A stretch of 64,000 nt of DNA from positions 5,456,001-5,520,000 of the forward strand of contig NC_091289.1 in assembly GCF_032444005.1 (NCBI RefSeq), given 5' to 3'. Under the pieces are notes generated by a model. The model saw only the letters and a program-made list of their open reading frames with translations, did not search any database and was not told the DNA's origin. Shown here piece after piece: positions 60,209-64,000 of this stretch (position 1 is its first letter; each line of letters opens with the position of its first letter). A program made the position numbers and the translations under genes. This stretch comes from Ranitomeya imitator. Lineage: Eukaryota.

Positions 60209-60502
60209 GTAATGGAGGTCGGGTGACAAGAGGTGTCCTGTGGGGCATCATCATCCCCCAATATGGGCCCGTACCACTGAAATGATTCCCCTTCTTAACC
60301 TCTTACGGTCCGGGTGATTTTTAGCTTTTGCTGTTTTTCCTCCTCTTCTCCCAGGAGCCATTACTTTATGTTTCTCCATATTCATGGCCGTACAAGGACT
60401 TTGCTTCTCCAGTTCAGAAACCCTCATTTCCGCCTTCATCTTTTTGGCTTTTGTTTTGATGTAGTTCGTTGTCCGGACACGATGATTGCAGCAATAATGA
60501 AC

Positions 60503-60924
60503 TGTAAGGATTTCACTCACTCAGCTGCGACGGCTGACACTCAGGAGACGTGTTCCTTTAAAGTTCTCTGGGTTTATTGCTTCATAAACCATGTTGCAAA
60601 CAACAGAAAACAAATAGCCTTTGGTTCAGGTAAAGAAAAACAAGTGTCCAGTTCATCCGGCTCAGTCCTGAAGCCGTAACACACTCAGGAGGGTTTCACC
60701 TCCACACATATCTGCTGTGTAAAGGATTAGCCAGTCTTATAAAGAGCTAACCCCACCCAGTAACCCATCACATGATTAGCCATGTGGTCTGACATTACCA
60801 CAGGTCCTGAAACACATATACAAGATTATGTGCAAGACAGGAATACTCCGGGCTACATTACAGCAACCAGGCACTTATGTGGCACATACCTCCCATCGAC
60901 TACAAACCCTTTAGCCATGCTACA
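60503..60924 (-). repeat. 3' LTR, ~422 bp
   Basis: TGTA...TACA termini right after the PPT; AATAAA on the minus strand at 60573-60578; distal boundary inferred. Confidence 0.7.
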
Positions 60925-63900
60925 TACCTCCCCCCTCTGCCTAAAGCCGTGGGGCTTGGCACTTCTCCCACTAAACAAGGGATTCTTGATAGGGCATCCG
61001 CATTACCGTGCAGCTTTCCGGCCCGATGTTCCACATGGAAACTGAAGTCCTGCAGGGCTAAGAACCAACGGGTGACCCTAGCATTTCTCCCTTTCGTTTC
61101 CCTCATCCACCTAAGCGGGGCATAGTCAGATACCAGTCTAAATTTACGTCCCAGCAGATAGTACCGCAATGTGTCCACTGCCCATTTTATGGCCAAGCAC
61201 TCCTTCTCAACGACTGAGTAGTTCTTTTCAGATGAGGACATCTTCCTACTCAGATAGAGAACAGGATGCTCCTCCCCATGTAGTTCTTGGGAAAGGACTG
61301 CTCCCACCCCAACATCTGAGGCATCTGTCTGAAGAATAAACTCTTTCTTGAAGTTTGGGGCCATCAGAACGGGTTGCTTACACAAAGCGTTTTTCATTTC
61401 TTGGAAGGCTGACTCTGTTTCTTCGGACCACTTAACCATTACTGATTTTGTCCCTTTTAGCAGGTCAGTCAGAGGCGCAGCCATCGTGGCGAAGTTTGGG
61501 ATGAACCTCCTGTAATATCCCACGATTCCCAGGAAGGCTTTAACTTGTTTCTTGGAAACTGGTTTTGGCCATGTTTGGATTGCCTCCACTTTATTGATTT
61601 GGGGTTTTATTTCTCCATGACCCACTATGTATCCAAGGTACTTAGCTTCTTCTTTACCCAAGGCGCACTTCTTCGGGTTTATAGTAAATCCGGCCTCTCT
61701 TATAGCATCCAACACCGCTTGGACTTTCTCCAGATGACTCTCCCAGTCCGGGCTAAAGATGACGATATCATCTAGGTACGCAGCAGCGTAGGCCTTATGG
61801 GGTGCAAGGACTCTATCCATAGCCCTCTGGAAGGTCGCCGGAGCTCCCTGTAGGCCAAACGGCATCCGGGCATATTGGAAGCATCCATCAGGTGTCGAAA
61901 AGGCCGTCTTCTCCTTGGCTTCCTGTGCCATGGGGATCTGCCAATACCCCTTTGTCAAATCCAAGGTGGATATATATCTGGCGTGCCCAAGCCTTTCGAT
62001 GAGCTCATCAATACGGGGCATGGGATAAGCGTCGAACTTGGAGACTTCATTCAACTTCCGATAGTCGTTGCAAAACCTCCACTCTCCATCAGGTTTTGGG
62101 ACCAGGACAATTGGGCTCGACCAACCGCTCTTGGATTCCTCAATGACCCCAAGCCTCAACATACGCTCCACTTCCTTGGAGATAACTTCTCGACGAGCCT
62201 CAGGAATACGATAAGGTTTCACATTCACCCGCACATGTGGCTCTGTTAGGACCTCGTGCTCTATGACCTTCGTGTATCCTGGCAATTCTGAAAACAGGTC
62301 CCTGTTTTTCTGGAGTAACTCCCGGCACTGCTGTTTCTGGGTCTTTGATAGCGTCTCTGCTATAGTAACCGCTCCAACCTCACCTTCTGGGTTGCTTAAG
62401 AATGATGGAGTTGCTGTCGGCTCTCTATCTTGCCATGGCTTGATGAGGTTGACATGGTAAACTTGGAATGGTTTCCGTCTTCCTGGTTGGTGAATTTTAT
62501 AATTTACCTCACCAAGTTTCTCGACAACCTCATATGGCCCTTGCCATTTGGCCAAGAACTTGCTTTCCACCGTTGGAACTAACACCAGAACTCGGTCTCC
62601 CGGATTGAACTGCCTCACTCTTGCAGACCGGTTGTAGACCCTGGCTTGAGCTTCTTGTGCTTGGAGAAGGTGTTCTTTCACGATAGGCATCACCTTTGCA
62701 ATCCTCTGCTGCATCAGGGCCACATGCTCAATGACGCTTCTGTGGGGTGTGACTTCGGCCTCCCAGGTTTCCTTGGCTATATCCAGGAGTCCTCGTGGAT
62801 GTCGGCCATATAGAAGCTCAAACGGTGAGAACCCTGTGGAGGCCTGTGGAACTTCACGAATGGAAAACATCAGATAGGGTAAGAGACAATCCCAGTCTCT
62901 ACCGTCTTTCTCTATAGCTTTTCTCAGCATGCTCTTTAGTGTCTTGTTAAACCTCTCAACAAGGCCATCTGACTGGGGATGGTACACCGAGGTCCTCAAC
63001 TGGGAGATCTTCAGGGCTTTGCATAACTCCCTCATCACCTTGCTCATGAAAGGTGTACCCTGGTCAGTCAGGATCTCCTTTGGCAGACCTGTCCGGGAAA
63101 AGACATGGACCAACTCGCGGGCTATGCTTTTTGAGGAAGAATTTCTCAAGGGAATTGCCTCAGGATAGCGTGTGGCATAGTCCAGGATGACTAATATATA
63201 CTGATGGCCCCGAGCTGATTTAACTAAGGGACCGACCAAGTCCATGGCAATTCTCTCGAACGGTACCTCAATAATGGGCAGTGGCACAAGGGGGTTCCGG
63301 AAATGAGGAGTAGGAGCAGTTAGCTGACATGTAGGGCAGGACCTGCAATAGTTCACTATTTCCCGGTGACACCCAGGCCAATAGAACCTCTGCACAACCC
63401 GTTCCTGCGTTTTTTCCACCCCCAGGTGTCCACCCAAGATGTGTGAATGGGCCATGTCCAACACTTTCCGTCTATACGGACCCGGCACTATCAACTGCTC
63501 TACCAACTCCTCCCGTATTTTCGTGACACGGTACAACAACTCCCCCCTCAACAGAAAATGGGGAAATCTTGTGTCTGCCCCCGGCTCCTGTACCACCCCG
63601 TCAATAACTGTGACATTATTAAAGGCTTCCCTCAGAGTGGGGTCCCTATGTTGGGCAGTCCCAAAATTTTCACCGGTAACTTCTAACTCCAGAATGTCAG
63701 ATGTAGGGGATACTTCCTCCTCATCCCCAACCAGAACACAAAAAGGAAAACTGTCTGCCTCTGGGTGTGGCGATACCCTTCCAGGGTTCACTGGTTCCCT
63801 GCCAGGGAGCTCAGAACCATTTCCCCACAAATCCCAAAACAAACAGAAATCCCGGCCAATAATTATAGGGTGCAACAAGTCCTGAACCACGCCGACTATG

Positions 63901-64000
63901 TGGGACTCAGTGCCACATGCCGTTTCAATGTCCACCCTGGCCATAGGGTAGTCCTTTGCATCACCATGTATGCACCGCACTCCGACCTTCTTTCCTGGGA
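60900..64000 (-). CDS. Gypsy pol polyprotein (partial, open to the window edge)
   Basis: More than 1026 codons without a stop: HSHILGGH/CRSC integrase zinc finger, DLVGP, TDQG, GLVER, RT YLDDIV, RNase H QTDAS, KECLAI. Confidence 0.93.
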   Translation of the reverse strand, partial: PGKKVGVRCIHGDAKDYPMARVDIETACGTESHIVGVVQDLLHPIIIGRDFCLFWDLWGNGSELPGREPVNPGRVSPHPEADSFPFCVLVGDEEEVSPTSDILELEVTGENFGTAQHRDPTLREAFNNVTVIDGVVQEPGADTRFPHFLLRGELLYRVTKIREELVEQLIVPGPYRRKVLDMAHSHILGGHLGVEKTQERVVQRFYWPGCHREIVNYCRSCPTCQLTAPTPHFRNPLVPLPIIEVPFERIAMDLVGPLVKSARGHQYILVILDYATRYPEAIPLRNSSSKSIARELVHVFSRTGLPKEILTDQGTPFMSKVMRELCKALKISQLRTSVYHPQSDGLVERFNKTLKSMLRKAIEKDGRDWDCLLPYLMFSIREVPQASTGFSPFELLYGRHPRGLLDIAKETWEAEVTPHRSVIEHVALMQQRIAKVMPIVKEHLLQAQEAQARVYNRSARVRQFNPGDRVLVLVPTVESKFLAKWQGPYEVVEKLGEVNYKIHQPGRRKPFQVYHVNLIKPWQDREPTATPSFLSNPEGEVGAVTIAETLSKTQKQQCRELLQKNRDLFSELPGYTKVIEHEVLTEPHVRVNVKPYRIPEARREVISKEVERMLRLGVIEESKSGWSSPIVLVPKPDGEWRFCNDYRKLNEVSKFDAYPMPRIDELIERLGHARYISTLDLTKGYWQIPMAQEAKEKTAFSTPDGCFQYARMPFGLQGAPATFQRAMDRVLAPHKAYAAAYLDDIVIFSPDWESHLEKVQAVLDAIREAGFTINPKKCALGKEEAKYLGYIVGHGEIKPQINKVEAIQTWPKPVSKKQVKAFLGIVGYYRRFIPNFATMAAPLTDLLKGTKSVMVKWSEETESAFQEMKNALCKQPVLMAPNFKKEFILQTDASDVGVGAVLSQELHGEEHPVLYLSRKMSSSEKNYSVVEKECLAIKWAVDTLRYYLLGRKFRLVSDYAPLRWMRETKGRNARVTRWFLALQDFSFHVEHRAGKLHGNADALSRIPCLVGEVPSPTALGRGGRYVAWLKGL

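Larger units (their letters stand above)
60503..64000 (-). mobile_element. Gmr1-like Ty3/Gypsy LTR retrotransposon (3' part) in a lectin intron
   Basis: pol with PR-INT-RT-RH order, polypurine tract 60927-60940, 3' LTR. Confidence 0.93.

Overview
Vertebrate genomic DNA, very probably from a frog (inferred from the Tc1, L2, CR1 and MITE repertoire). About 24 kb of the 64 kb is minisatellite, and there are four N gaps. Three spliced + strand genes can be read by eye; the ORF track misses or fragments all three. (1) A complete 4-exon osteocalcin-family Gla-protein gene (654-5181, 103 aa), probably the Bgp2/OC3 paralogue. (2) A complete WBP11 gene with 11 coding exons (20148-29611, 640 aa) behind an ETS/YY1/E-box CpG promoter. 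(3) The 5' part of a secreted F-type lectin gene (49347 to beyond 60208): a signal-peptide exon, three related symmetric micro-exons and one non-canonical fucolectin domain. Mobile DNA includes a nested Tc1/Tc1/MITE/solo-LTR complex, L2, CR1 and RTE remnants, several fold-back MITEs, a 116-bp insert with a hammerhead-like core, and a Gmr1-type Gypsy element (integrase before RT) with an unbroken pol running off the right edge. The most novel candidate is the lectin intron 54658-57524. It is open in the exon frame from end to end, so read-through of one donor would give a ~991-aa protein of signal peptide + ~152 VAELHD repeats + hydrophobic tail. Most other long ORFs in the track are by-products of tandem repeats. 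No database searches were run; family assignments rest on recognised motifs.
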